A DNA stretch of 64,000 bases from Verrucomicrobiota bacterium (GCA_016871755.1 VHCJ01000003.1:94053-158052); one strand, 5' to 3'. Shown: positions 17,918 to 27,166, counted from the first letter of the stretch. Notes: generated by a model not told the origin, from the letters alone. Made by a program: numbers and translations.

Positions 17918-19321
17918 ATGACCCCGATCCCCCGTCGCCGGTTCCTCCAGTCCTCCCTCCTCGGCGGAGCCGCCGCGCTCCTTCCGCGCTCCGCGCTGGC
18001 AGCGGCCGGTGGCGCTGGCGCAGACGCCCCGGCCCTGCGGATCGCGACGTTCCGCGCCGATCTCACGCCGCCGCTCGGCCACCCGCTCTGCGGCGGCTGG
18101 ATCGCTCCGGCGGCGGAAATCCTCGATCCACTCGAGGCAATGGGCTTCGTCATCCTCGGCGCCGGCGCGCCGCAGGTGGTCTGCGCGATCGATTGGACCG
18201 GTGTGCTCAACGCCGAGCATCTGGCGTGGCGCGAGGCGATCGCGCGCGCCGTCGGCACCACGCCGGATCGGGTCGCCCTCCAGTGCGTCCACCAACATGA
18301 TGCGCCCTTCGTCTGTTTCCGGGCCGATGAGTTGCTCCGGCCCTACGGTTTCGCGGTCGCGGACCGTGCGTTCGTGACCGAAATGCGCGACCGGCTCGCC
18401 GCCGCCGCCGCCGCCTCCCTCGCGGGCGCACGCCCCCTGACCCACGTGGCCCGTGGGTCGGCGCCGGTGGAGCAGGTCGCCGGCAACCGCCGGGTCCTGC
18501 TCGATGCCTCAGGCAAGGTCGTACGGATGCGGGGGAGTTCCTGCCGCGACGCCGAGCTGATCGCCCTGCCCGAGGGTCTCATCGATCCGCAACTCCGAAC
18601 CGTGGCTTTCTACAGCGGCGAGACGCGGGTGGCGGCCTGCCACTACTACGCGTGCCATCCCATGAGCCACTACGGCAAGGGCCGGGTGGGCAGCGACTAT
18701 GTGGGCCTGGCGCGTCGCCGGCGTCAGCAGGAGGATTCCGGCTGCCTGCGCCTGTACTTCACTGGCGCGGCCGGCAATCTTGCCGCCGGCAAGTACAACG
18801 ACGGCTCCGCGGAGGCGAAGGTCCGTCTCACCGAGCGGATGTACCAAGCGATGGTCCGTTCGGATGAATCGCTCCGTCCCCGGCCGCTCCAGCGGGTGCG
18901 GTGGAGCACGCGGGACATCCTGCCGCCTCCGGATCCCGCCTATCCGCCCGAGCAACTCCGGGCCCAACTCTCCAATCCGTCGCAGACCCGGGTCCAGCGC
19001 TCCATCGCCGCCATGCGGCTGTCGTGGCGCGACCGCGTCGAGTCGGGCCTGCCGATCTGCATCAGTGCGCTGCACCTCGACGACATTTCGCTGCTGCACC
19101 TGCCGGCCGAGGCGTTTGTGGAGTATCAGTTGCTGGCGCAGGGAGTGTCGCCGGATCGCTTCGTCGCGACCGCAGCCTACGGCGACGGGGGGCCGTGGTA
19201 CCTGCCGACCCGGCCCGAGTATCCCAAGGGCGGATACGAGGTCAGCGTCGCCTTCTGCGATCCGGTCGTGGACGACATCCTCACGGTCGCGATCCGTGGG
19301 GTCCTGTCGGGAGCCGCGTAG
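17918..19321 (+). CDS. Tat-signal hypothetical protein (neutral-ceramidase-N-terminal-like hydrolase fold, uncertain)
   Basis: 467-aa ORF with twin-arginine signal MTPIPRRRFLQSSLLGGAAALL. ADLTPPLGHPLCGG ... ALQCVHQHDAPF loosely resembles the ceramidase_alk N-terminal blocks. Confidence 0.55.
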   Translation: MTPIPRRRFLQSSLLGGAAALLPRSALAAAGGAGADAPALRIATFRADLTPPLGHPLCGGWIAPAAEILDPLEAMGFVILGAGAPQVVCAIDWTGVLNAEHLAWREAIARAVGTTPDRVALQCVHQHDAPFVCFRADELLRPYGFAVADRAFVTEMRDRLAAAAAASLAGARPLTHVARGSAPVEQVAGNRRVLLDASGKVVRMRGSSCRDAELIALPEGLIDPQLRTVAFYSGETRVAACHYYACHPMSHYGKGRVGSDYVGLARRRRQQEDSGCLRLYFTGAAGNLAAGKYNDGSAEAKVRLTERMYQAMVRSDESLRPRPLQRVRWSTRDILPPPDPAYPPEQLRAQLSNPSQTRVQRSIAAMRLSWRDRVESGLPICISALHLDDISLLHLPAEAFVEYQLLAQGVSPDRFVATAAYGDGGPWYLPTRPEYPKGGYEVSVAFCDPVVDDILTVAIRGVLSGAA

Positions 19322-19381
19322 GGCGCCACCGTCGCCGGGGAACCGAGGCTCCGGCAGGATTGCTGCAGGAAAAGAAGCGGG

Positions 19382-20872
19382 TCAGGCGGAGGCGGCGAGG
19401 TCGCCGCCCCGGCGGGCGTGCACCGCCCAGTCGTACACCTGCGCGTAGGCCGCGGCGGAAGGCCCCCAGCCGAAGTCGCCCCGGAGTCCTCGCTCCCGCA
19501 AGGCGGCGAAGTGCGCGGGGCGGTCGCGGTACGTCGCGCAGGCCGAGCCAACCGCTCCGGCGAGGGCCGCCGCCGTCGCTTCGTGGAAGCGAAAGCCCAA
19601 CCCGCCTCCCGTGGCTTCGTCGTACGGGGTCACGGTGTCGATCAGCCCGCCCGTCGCCCGCACCACCGGCGGCGTGCCGTAACGCATCGCGTAAAGCTGG
19701 GTCAGGCCGCACGGCTCGCTGCGGCTGGGCATGATGAACGCGTCGCTTCCCGCTTGGACCAGGCGGGCCAGGGCGGCGTCAAAGCCGATGCGCACACCGA
19801 CCCGCCCCGGGTTCGCGGTGGCGAGGCGGCGGAAGGCGTCCTCCAGCGCGGGATCCCCCGAGCCGAGCAGCGCGATCTGCAGGGGGTGCGTGGCCAGCAG
19901 CGCCGGCAGTGCCTCCGCGAGCAGGTCGAGGCCTTTCTGGTGCACGAGCCGGGCGACGACGCCGAAGAGCGGCGCCTCGGGCGCCGCGGCGAGGCCAAGC
20001 TGGCGTTGCAGGGCGTCCTTGCACACCGCCTTGCCCGCGAGGTCGCCGGGCCCGTAACGCGCGGGAAGGGTCGCATCGGTCGCCGGGTTCCAGGCGTCGG
20101 GATCGATGCCGTTCAGGATCCCAATGAGGTCCGCGCCCCGGAAGCGCAGGACGTCGTCCAACCCGCAGCCGCTCTCGGGCCGGCGGATTTCCTGGGCGTA
20201 GGTCGGGCTGACCGTGGTGATCTTGGTTGCGTGGTAGAGTCCGCCCTTCATCGGGTTCGCGGCCCCGAGCGCTTCGAGGCTGCGGGGGTGGAACTCCGAC
20301 GGCGGAATGCGGGCGTAATCCACCGCCTCGCGGGCCGCGTAGCCTTGATGCTCGAGGTTGTGGACGGTGAACACCGATGCGGCGCCACCCAGCGGCGAGT
20401 CGCGGAGCACCGTGTTCAGGAGCACCGGGACCCATCCCGTCGTCCAGTCGTGCGCGTGCACCACGTCGGGGATCCAGTCCAACTGCAGGCACAGCGTGAG
20501 CGCCGCCCGCGAGAGCGCGATGAAGCGCCGGTCGTTGTCGGGATAGGAGGTGTTGCCCTCGCCGTAGACTCCGGCCCGGCCGTAGAGGGCGTCGTTCTCG
20601 ATGAAGTAGCAGGGCACCGCCGCGCCCGGCAGGCTGGTCTCCCACGTCCGCGCCCAGAGCGCGGACGGGCCGACGTCGATGCCAAGGGGCTCCGCCCGCG
20701 GGCGCCAGAAGCCCAGGCGGCGGACCGATCGGTACAGCGGGCAGACGATCCGCACGTCATGACCGAGTTCGGCAAGCGCCTTGGGCAGGGCGCCGACCAT
20801 GTCCGCGAGGCCGCCGACCTTGACGAACGGATCAACCTCGGGCGCGACAAAAAGGATCTTCCGGGAAAACAC
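19382..20872 (-). CDS. glgA: glycogen synthase (ADP-glucose type, GT5)
   Basis: 496-aa ORF (GTG start). KILFVAPEVDPFVKVGGLADMVGALPKALAELGHDVRIVCPLY is the canonical GlgA N-terminus, and the C-terminal PSRSEPCGLTQLYAMRYGTPPVV is the matching block. Confidence 0.9.
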   Translation of the reverse strand: MFSRKILFVAPEVDPFVKVGGLADMVGALPKALAELGHDVRIVCPLYRSVRRLGFWRPRAEPLGIDVGPSALWARTWETSLPGAAVPCYFIENDALYGRAGVYGEGNTSYPDNDRRFIALSRAALTLCLQLDWIPDVVHAHDWTTGWVPVLLNTVLRDSPLGGAASVFTVHNLEHQGYAAREAVDYARIPPSEFHPRSLEALGAANPMKGGLYHATKITTVSPTYAQEIRRPESGCGLDDVLRFRGADLIGILNGIDPDAWNPATDATLPARYGPGDLAGKAVCKDALQRQLGLAAAPEAPLFGVVARLVHQKGLDLLAEALPALLATHPLQIALLGSGDPALEDAFRRLATANPGRVGVRIGFDAALARLVQAGSDAFIMPSRSEPCGLTQLYAMRYGTPPVVRATGGLIDTVTPYDEATGGGLGFRFHEATAAALAGAVGSACATYRDRPAHFAALRERGLRGDFGWGPSAAAYAQVYDWAVHARRGGDLAASA

Positions 20873-20905
20873 GGGCCGTCACGCTAGGAAGAAACGGGAC
20901 GGCCT

Positions 20906-20927
20906 GCCGAGGGAATTCTCCCTCGGC
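20906..20927 (-). terminator. hairpin downstream of hpf (candidate intrinsic terminator)
   Basis: GCCGAGGGA-ATTC-TCCCTCGGC forms a 9-bp stem with a 4-nt loop. It starts 28 nt after the hpf stop (20955) and is followed on the minus strand by a weak T-rich stretch (GTTTCTTCC). Confidence 0.4.
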
Positions 20928-20954
20928 CGGAAACGGAGGCGAGGAGACGCCCGC

Positions 20955-21341
20955 TCAGGCGTCCGCCGCGCCGGCATCGCGCCCCGCGCGGGAGCCGTGG
21001 CGCTTGTCGGAATGGAACGTGTCCGCCCGGCGGCGGAGCATTTCGTTGAGTTTGTCCACCAGCAGGTCGATCGACTTGTAGGCGTCCTCCGAGGAGACCG
21101 ACGCGATCAGGTCCGGGCCGCTGATCTCAATGTGGCCCTTGGCGATGAAGTTGTGCCCGATGGCCTTCGTCTTGTCGTGCTCGATGTCCACCCGCACCCG
21201 CACGATGTGCGGCTCGTGGCGGAAAAGGCGTTCCACCTTTTGCTGCACGCTGGAGCGGAGCGCGTCGGTCAGCGTGACGTGAATGCCACGGAGCACGAGT
21301 TTGTCGTTCAAGTGGGCCGGATCAATGGAGGGGTTGCTCAT
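20955..21341 (-). CDS. hpf: ribosome hibernation promoting factor / RaiA family
   Basis: ORF 20955..22022 trimmed to the ATG at 21341 (MSNPSIDPAHLNDKLVLRGIHVTLTDALRSSVQQKVERLFRH...), with an alternative ATG at 21359. The sigma54-modulation/RaiA pattern is present (HNFIAKGHIEISGPDLIASVSSEDAYKSIDLLVDKL). Confidence 0.8.
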   Translation of the reverse strand: MSNPSIDPAHLNDKLVLRGIHVTLTDALRSSVQQKVERLFRHEPHIVRVRVDIEHDKTKAIGHNFIAKGHIEISGPDLIASVSSEDAYKSIDLLVDKLNEMLRRRADTFHSDKRHGSRAGRDAGAADA

Positions 21342-21552
21342 CACTAAAACTCTATCCATCCGGCCCGGGAACGCGAGTCCACGCGTATCGAAGAAGGCGC
21401 GATTTTGGGACGCAGCGCGGGGCGGCTGGGGAGCGCGGGTGCCTGGGGTCGCCGGCCGCGAGGGGTGTCCGGAAATGGGTCGACGCAGCGGAGCCTCCGG
21501 CGTAGGCATGTGCGTAGCGGACGGCGTCCGCCGAGCCCCGATTTTTCCTCCC

Positions 21553-22326
21553 ATGCCCCGGAACTCCGCCCTGTTTGATCTCTCTGGTCGGGTCGCCTTG
21601 GTGACCGGCTCCTCGCAGGGCCTCGGCTTCGCGCTCGCGCGGGGTCTCGCCGAGGCAGGTGCGTGGGTCGTGCTGAACGGGCGCGATCCCGACAAGCTGG
21701 AGCGGGCGGCGGAGGCGCTGCGCGGCGAGGGTTGCTCGATCGCCACCGCGGTGTTCGACGTCACGGATTCCGCCGCTGTGGCTGCGGCGGTGGCGCGGAT
21801 CGAGGACGAGCAGGGCCCGGTGGACATCCTCGCGAACAATGCCGGCATCCACCGACGCGCGCCCTTGGCCGACATGTCGGAGGCGGATTGGCGGGCGGTG
21901 ATCGACCTCAACCTGACCGGTGCCTTCCTCGTCGCCCGCGCCGTGGTCCCCACCATGCTGGCCCGCGGGCGCGGCAAGATCATCAACATCTGCTCCGTCA
22001 TGTCGGAGCTGGCGCGGCCCACCGTCGGGAACTACACCGCCGCCAAGGGTGGATTGAAGATGCTCACCCGCTCGATGGCGGTGGAGTGGGCCAAGCGCGG
22101 CATCCAGGCCAACGCGATCGCCCCGGGCTACCTGCTCACCGAGATGACCGCGACCCTCGCAGCCAATCCCGAATTCAACCAGTGGATCTGCGGGCGCACC
22201 CCGGCCGGCCGCTGGGGGCGGCCGGAGGAGTTGATCGGCGCCGCCATCTTCCTCGCGTCCTCGGCCAGCGACTACGTCAACGGCCAGATGCTGGCCGTCG
22301 ATGGGGGGCTGACGGCCGCGATCTGA
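21553..22326 (+). CDS. SDR family oxidoreductase, gluconate 5-dehydrogenase-like
   Basis: ORF 21283..22326 trimmed to the ATG at 21553 (MPRNSALFDLSGRVALVTGSSQGLGFALA...). It has the TGxxxGxG, NNAG and YTAAK motifs, and its ends resemble IdnO/Gno. Confidence 0.8.
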   Translation: MPRNSALFDLSGRVALVTGSSQGLGFALARGLAEAGAWVVLNGRDPDKLERAAEALRGEGCSIATAVFDVTDSAAVAAAVARIEDEQGPVDILANNAGIHRRAPLADMSEADWRAVIDLNLTGAFLVARAVVPTMLARGRGKIINICSVMSELARPTVGNYTAAKGGLKMLTRSMAVEWAKRGIQANAIAPGYLLTEMTATLAANPEFNQWICGRTPAGRWGRPEELIGAAIFLASSASDYVNGQMLAVDGGLTAAI

Positions 22327-22346
22327 GCGGCCGCGTCGGCCCGGGC

Positions 22347-24844
22347 CTACTTGCGCTTGTTCAGCGCCGCGCTGAACCAGTCGCCGTTCAGCGAGGTGCC
22401 GGGCCGCGCCGATCCGGGGGCGCCGCCCCCCGCGCCCGCGCTGCCACCCGGCCCGCTGCCCCGGGGTCCGCCGGCGGGGCCGCCCGCGCGCGGACCGCTC
22501 CCCGGACCGCCGCCGCGCGGACCGCCGGACGACGGACCGGGGCCGGAACGCGGACCAATCTGCGGGTTGCTGCGCAGCGAGAGCGCGATGCGGTTCCGCG
22601 GGAGGTCGACCTCCAGCACGGTCACGTTGACCTTCTGCTGCGGTTTCACGACCGCGGCTGGATCCTTGACGAACGTATCCGCAAGCTGGCTCACGTGCAC
22701 CAAGCCGTCTTGGTGGACTCCAATGTCCACGAAGGCGCCGAAGGCGGTGACGTTCGTCACGATGCCCGGCAAGCGCATGCCCGGACGCAGGTCCTCGGGC
22801 CTGTGCACGCCGGCATCAAAGGCGAAGACCTCGAACTTCTGGCGCGGGTCGCGACCCGGCTTCGCGAGTTCGGCCATGATGTCGGTGAGCGTCGGCAGGC
22901 CCACGTCCGGCGTCACGTACGCCTCGAGCTTCACCTTCGCGCGCAGCTTCGGGTCGCGGATCAGGTCGGCGACCGAGCAACCGAGGTCGGCGGCCATGCG
23001 TTCGACGACGGCATAGCGCTCGGGGTGCACTGCGCTCGCATCGAGCGGATTGGCGGCATCGCGGATCCGCAGGAAGCCGGCGGCCTGTTCGAAGGCCTTG
23101 GGCCCGAGCCGTGGCACGCCGAGCAGGTCGGCGCGCGCCTTGAACGGCCCGAGCTCGTTGCGCCGCGTGACGATCGCAGCCGCGACCGACGCGTTCAGGC
23201 CGGAGACGTAGCTGAGCAACTGGTTGGACGCGGTATTGAGTTCCACCCCCACGCCGTTCACCGAGCTCACGACCGTGTCGTCGAGCGAGCGGCGCAGCGC
23301 GTTTTGTTCAACATCGTGCTGGTACTGGCCGACGCCGATGGACTTCGGGTCGAGCTTCACGAGCTCGGCCAGCGGGTCCATCAGGCGTCGCCCGATCGAG
23401 ACCGCGCCCCGGACGGTGAGGTCCAAGTCGGGAAATTCCTCGCGGGCAACCTCGCTCGCGGAGTAGATGGACGCGCCGGACTCGTTGACCATGACGATCG
23501 CGATGGACGCCGGCAGGCCCAGTCCGCGGACGAACGCCTCGGTCTCGCGCCCGCCGGTGCCGTTGCCGACCGCGATGGCCTCGACCTTGAAGAAGTCGAT
23601 GAAGCCCTTGATCTTCTCCGACGCCTCGACGGCATGGCGGTCGGGATACACCACATCGTGGTGCAGCAGCTTGCCCTGGCGATCGAGCAGCGCGACCTTG
23701 CAGCCGGTGCGGAAACCCGGGTCGATGGCCAGGACCGCCTTTTGACCGAGCGGGCGGCGAGTAGCAGCTCGCGGAGATTGTCGGCGAAGACGCGGATGGC
23801 GGCCTCGTCGGCGCGCTTCTTGGAATCGAGCCGCCTCTCGGTTTCCATGGCGGGGCCGAGGAGCCGCTTGGTGGCGTCGGCGACGGCGAGTCGGACCTGC
23901 AGCGTGCACGATGCGGGCGCGGTGCCCCTGGCGGTGGCGGGCTCGGCGGCGGAGCCGGGGCGGACGAAGAGCGGTTCGATTTCCGCGAGGGCGGCGGTGT
24001 CGTCGGGCAGCGTGATCCGCATCATCAGGAACAACTCCTTTTCGCCTCGGCGCATGGCCAGCACGCGATGGCTCGGGGCCTTGGCGAGCGGCTCGGACCA
24101 GTCGAAGTAGTCCTTGTACTTGGCGGCCTCCGGGGAGGACTCCTTGCCGGGCAGCACCTTGGAGGAAAGCACGGCGTCGCGCTGGAAGAGGGCGCGCAGC
24201 TTGGCGCGGGCGCGCGGGTCGTCGCTGATCCGCTCGGCGAGGATGTCGCGGGCGCCGGCGAGGGCCTCCTCGGCGCTCGCGATCTTGGCGGCGGTGTTCT
24301 TGCCGTCGTCGGGCGTGTACTCGCGACCAACGTAGGCGGCCGCGGCGGCGGGCAGGTCGGTGCCCGGTTCCTGGGCGAAGATGAGATCGGCGAGCGGCTC
24401 AAGACCCTTCTCCTTGGCGATCGTGGCCCGCGTGCGCTTCTTCGGGCGGAACGGCAGGTAGATGTCCTCGAGGGCGGTCAGGGTCGTCGCGGCGCGGATT
24501 GCCTTCTCCAGATCGGGCGTGAGCAGGTTGCGCTCCTTGAGGGACGCAAGGATGACGGCGCGACGGTCGTCGATCTGCGCCATCTGCTCGAGGCGGTCAC
24601 GGATCGCGGTGATCTGCACCTCGTCGAGCTCGCCGGTGGCCTCCTTGCGGTAGCGCGCGATGAACGGCACGGTGGCGCCCTCGGCGAACAGCGCCGCGGT
24701 GGCGGCGACCTGGAAGACCTTGATGCCGAGTTCCTCGGCGACCCGCAGCACGTGCTCGGGATTGGGGGCGCGGCTGGCGGGGGCGGAGGGGACCGCGGCG
24801 GACTCGGGGGAGGGCAGGGAGGCGGACGACGACGTTTCCGACAT
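22347..24844 (-). pseudogene. tex: Tex-like transcription accessory protein (S1 domain) split by a 1-nt frameshift at about 23752-23755
   Basis: ORF 23381..24844 holds the Tex N-terminus up to ...FADNLRELLLAA. ORF 22347..23909 continues in another frame with PLGQKAVLAIDPGFRTGCKVALLD ... YqgF/HhH/S1 (GIVTNVTAFGAFVDIGVHQDGLVHVSQL). The junction reads CTGCTACTCGCCGCCCGCTCGGTCAAAAG. One extra C in the CCC run would restore LLLAAPLGQK. Confidence 0.85.
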
Positions 24845-24984
24845 GCGAAAGCGGGTGAGTCCAACGCCCGCGGGCGGCTGGGCAAGGGCAAACGGTGGTC
24901 GAGGCTCAGCCCGCGTTCCGCGGCCGGCGGCACGGCGGCCACTGCGGCATTGCCGGCCGACTACGGATGCGTTTGGGTCGCCCC

Positions 24985-25971
24985 ATGGAATTCCGGTCTT
25001 CGTTTTCGGCGGCGGGCACGCGGCGGACCTTTCTCCGGCGCTCGGCGGGTTTGGCGTCGGTGGCGGCGACGGGCGGACTGCTCCGCGCGGCGACGGGAGG
25101 GGTGCCTGCGGCCGACGCCAAAGGGCCGGCAGCCGGGGCCGGGAGCGCCTCGCTGGCGGCCTTTCCGATCGCCGGTTTCGAGAAGCATTTCTTTGAGAAG
25201 TACACGCCCGAGCAGACTGCGCAGGTGTGGGATGAGATTGGTCTCGACCTCGAACTCACGCTGCGGCCGGAGGGGCACATCAAGCCCGAGCGGGCCGTGG
25301 ATGAACTTCCGGTGCTCGCGGCGGCGATCGCGGCGCGGAAGCGGCGCATCCTCGTGCTCGCGTCGTCGTTCACGCGGGCGGATGAGCCGCACATCGAGCG
25401 CTCCCTGCGCGCGGCGCGGGCGCTGGGCATCACGCTCTACCGGCACCGTGGTTTCCGTTACCGGGCGGGGGTTTCCCCGAAGGTGCAGCTGGCGGATTTC
25501 CGGGCGCAGCTGCGCGACATCGCGGCGCTGAACCGGGAACTCGGGATGCAGGCTCTGTACCAGAATCACGCCGGTGCGGATCATGTTGGCGGTGCCCTGT
25601 GGGATCTCGATCTGATGTTGGACGACATTGCGCCGGCGCAGGTGGCGGTGGCGCTGGACCTGCGGCACCTCCGCGTTGAACTCGGTCGCGCGTGGCCGGC
25701 GGCGATCCGGATGATCGCGCCGCGAATCGGATCACTGTACGTGAAGAGCTTCCGCTGGGAGCGTGACCGCACCATCGAGACGCCCCTGGCCGAAGGCATC
25801 GTCGGCCCGGACATGGTGAAGCTCGCGCTGGCCGGCCGGGACAGCCTCCCGGTCTGCATTCACGTGGAGTACCCGAAGCACGAAGCCGTGCCCTTCGCCG
25901 ACCGCGCCCGCGGCGTTGCCTGGTTCCGCCAGGACGCCGAGGTGACCCGCGGGTGGCTGGCGGCGCGGTAG
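24985..25971 (+). CDS. Tat-signal sugar phosphate isomerase/epimerase (xylose isomerase-like TIM barrel)
   Basis: ORF 24895..25971 trimmed to the ATG at 24985 (MEFRSSFSAAGTRRTFLRRSAGLASVAATGG). The remainder has the AP-endonuclease-2/xylose-isomerase-like TIM barrel pattern (LYQNHAG..., IHVEY). Confidence 0.7.
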   Translation: MEFRSSFSAAGTRRTFLRRSAGLASVAATGGLLRAATGGVPAADAKGPAAGAGSASLAAFPIAGFEKHFFEKYTPEQTAQVWDEIGLDLELTLRPEGHIKPERAVDELPVLAAAIAARKRRILVLASSFTRADEPHIERSLRAARALGITLYRHRGFRYRAGVSPKVQLADFRAQLRDIAALNRELGMQALYQNHAGADHVGGALWDLDLMLDDIAPAQVAVALDLRHLRVELGRAWPAAIRMIAPRIGSLYVKSFRWERDRTIETPLAEGIVGPDMVKLALAGRDSLPVCIHVEYPKHEAVPFADRARGVAWFRQDAEVTRGWLAAR

Positions 25972-26076
25972 GGGCGGGCCTTGGCAGCGTGCGCGCCGGG
26001 GTCTACCCTCGAGGTGCGCGCGGGTCGGGCGCTCGCGGGCGGCAGGGTGGCTGAAGGCGGACGCCGGTGGATTTCC

Positions 26077-26517
26077 CTAACGCCTCAGGCGGTGAACGGG
26101 TTTGCGCTTGCGCAACGCGAGCGTGAGTCGCCGCGCGAGCTTACCCGTTCCGCTCTTGCGTAGTTCGTGTTCCCACACGCGCAGCACCACCCAGTCGCCA
26201 AGGCGCAGGGTCTTGTCGACAAGTCGGTCGCGTTCCTTGTTGGCGCGAAGTTTGTTCCGCCAGAACCGTGCATTCTGCTCGGGTACGGTTCCATGGAGAG
26301 GACATCCGTGCCAAAAACAGCCATCAACGAAGACCGCGACTCGGTGCGCTCGAAACACGAAGTCAGGCCGTCCGAAAAGCGGCTGATTCCGCCTCCATCC
26401 CGTCAGTCCCAAGGCTCGCAGAAGGCGGGCAAAGCGGATCTCCGTGCTTTCATTGCCGCGCGATCGGATCGCGGCCATCACGGAAGATCTCTTTCGCTTT
26501 GAGAATACGTCCGCCAC
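26077..26517 (-). CDS. vsr: very short patch repair endonuclease
   Basis: 146-aa ORF (GTG start). RSSVMAAIRSRGNESTEIRFARLLRALGLTGWRRN, GRPDFVF, VAVFVDGCFWHGC and FWRNKLRANKERD are the classic Vsr blocks. GC content is visibly lower than in the flanks. Confidence 0.85.
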   Translation of the reverse strand: MADVFSKRKRSSVMAAIRSRGNESTEIRFARLLRALGLTGWRRNQPLFGRPDFVFRAHRVAVFVDGCFWHGCPLHGTVPEQNARFWRNKLRANKERDRLVDKTLRLGDWVVLRVWEHELRKSGTGKLARRLTLALRKRKPVHRLRR

Positions 26518-26522
26518 AGCCT

Positions 26523-26717
26523 TCAGACGGTGACGGTGTTCACGGACTCGTAGAGGGCTGCTATGTCCTTGGATTTCACTCTGAACTGACTTCGTCTTTT
26601 CACCGCGGGTGATCCACTTGAGGCCCTCTCGACCTTTATGCCGGGGTCGTAGTACACGATGCCACCCGCAAGTGCACGAAGCAGCTTTAGGGGGTCTGTG
26701 CCTTCCGCGAGGCGCAC
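26523..26717 (-). CDS. small ORF 5 nt upstream of vsr; possibly the C-terminal remnant of a larger gene (restriction-endonuclease-like), function unknown
   Basis: 64 codons starting at an in-frame GTG. The sequence (DPLKLLRALAGGIVYYDPGIKVE...KRRSQFRVKSKDIAALYE) is protein-like. The same frame upstream (toward the tmRNA) immediately becomes Pro/Arg-rich and non-protein-like. Confidence 0.35.
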   Translation of the reverse strand: MRLAEGTDPLKLLRALAGGIVYYDPGIKVERASSGSPAVKRRSQFRVKSKDIAALYESVNTVTV

Positions 26718-26811
26718 CTTGGGACTCTCTGCGCGAGGGGCCGGGGACGACTTAGTCGACCGCCTCGCGCGCAGGGGCCGCCGCGGCGGGCGAGCCGGCG
26801 GGGACGGAAAA

Positions 26812-27166
26812 TGGTGGAGGTGCCGGGAGTTGAACCCGGGTGCCCCTGGCCTTCACGGACCGCATCTACCTGGATAGTGCCGCTTGAAATTCGCCGGCGA
26901 CATGTGGCAGCACGCGCTCACCACCGGCTAGGCTCTGGATGAAGATACGGCCCGCGCGTCAAAGTCGGCCACGCGGACTATTCCTGCTGTCGACGTACGT
27001 TCCGGCCAGCAGGAGTCGCCGGGCGTACGAGGCTGCACAATTAGGCAGCCAGGGGCATTTCTTCGGTGTTGCCGTTTGTTGTTTTCGCAGGGGGATTATT
27101 GAGAGACCCACGACTCTCACCAGGCAACGGTTCGCTCCAATCAAGGGTAGAATCCAGAACACCCCC
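26812..27166 (-). ncRNA. ssrA: tmRNA (SsrA)
   Basis: The minus strand reads 5' GGGGGTGTTCTGGATTC ... GGGTTCAACTCCCGGCACCTCCACCA 3'. The acceptor stem GGGGGTG/CACCTCC has the G3-U wobble, a T-arm (GGTTCAACTCC) and a terminal CCA. An internal tag frame GCG AAA ACA ACA AAC GGC AAC ACC GAA GAA ATG CCC CTG GCT GCC TAA (27088-27041) ends in the canonical LAA. Confidence 0.9.

Noticed and set aside
16309-18261. Over-long N-terminal extensions in track ORFs (16309..18261, 47000..48643, 20955..22022, 30276..31637, 2758..3693, 8071..9387, 9144..10313, 33951..36548, 53201..55012)
   Set aside because: The extensions are Arg/Pro/Gly-rich and overlap neighbouring genes or intergenic DNA. In each case an internal ATG sits just before a signal peptide or the conserved family N-terminus, so I trimmed the starts. 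The exact starts remain uncertain without RBS or proteomic data.
25972-26076. Search for a direct repeat of the tmRNA 3' end (TGGTGGAGGTGCCGGGAGTTGAACC on the plus strand) marking the distal end of an ssrA-integrated island
   Set aside because: Only a 6-nt chance match (GGTGGA) is visible. There is no convincing att duplication, so the island interpretation rests on composition and gene content alone.
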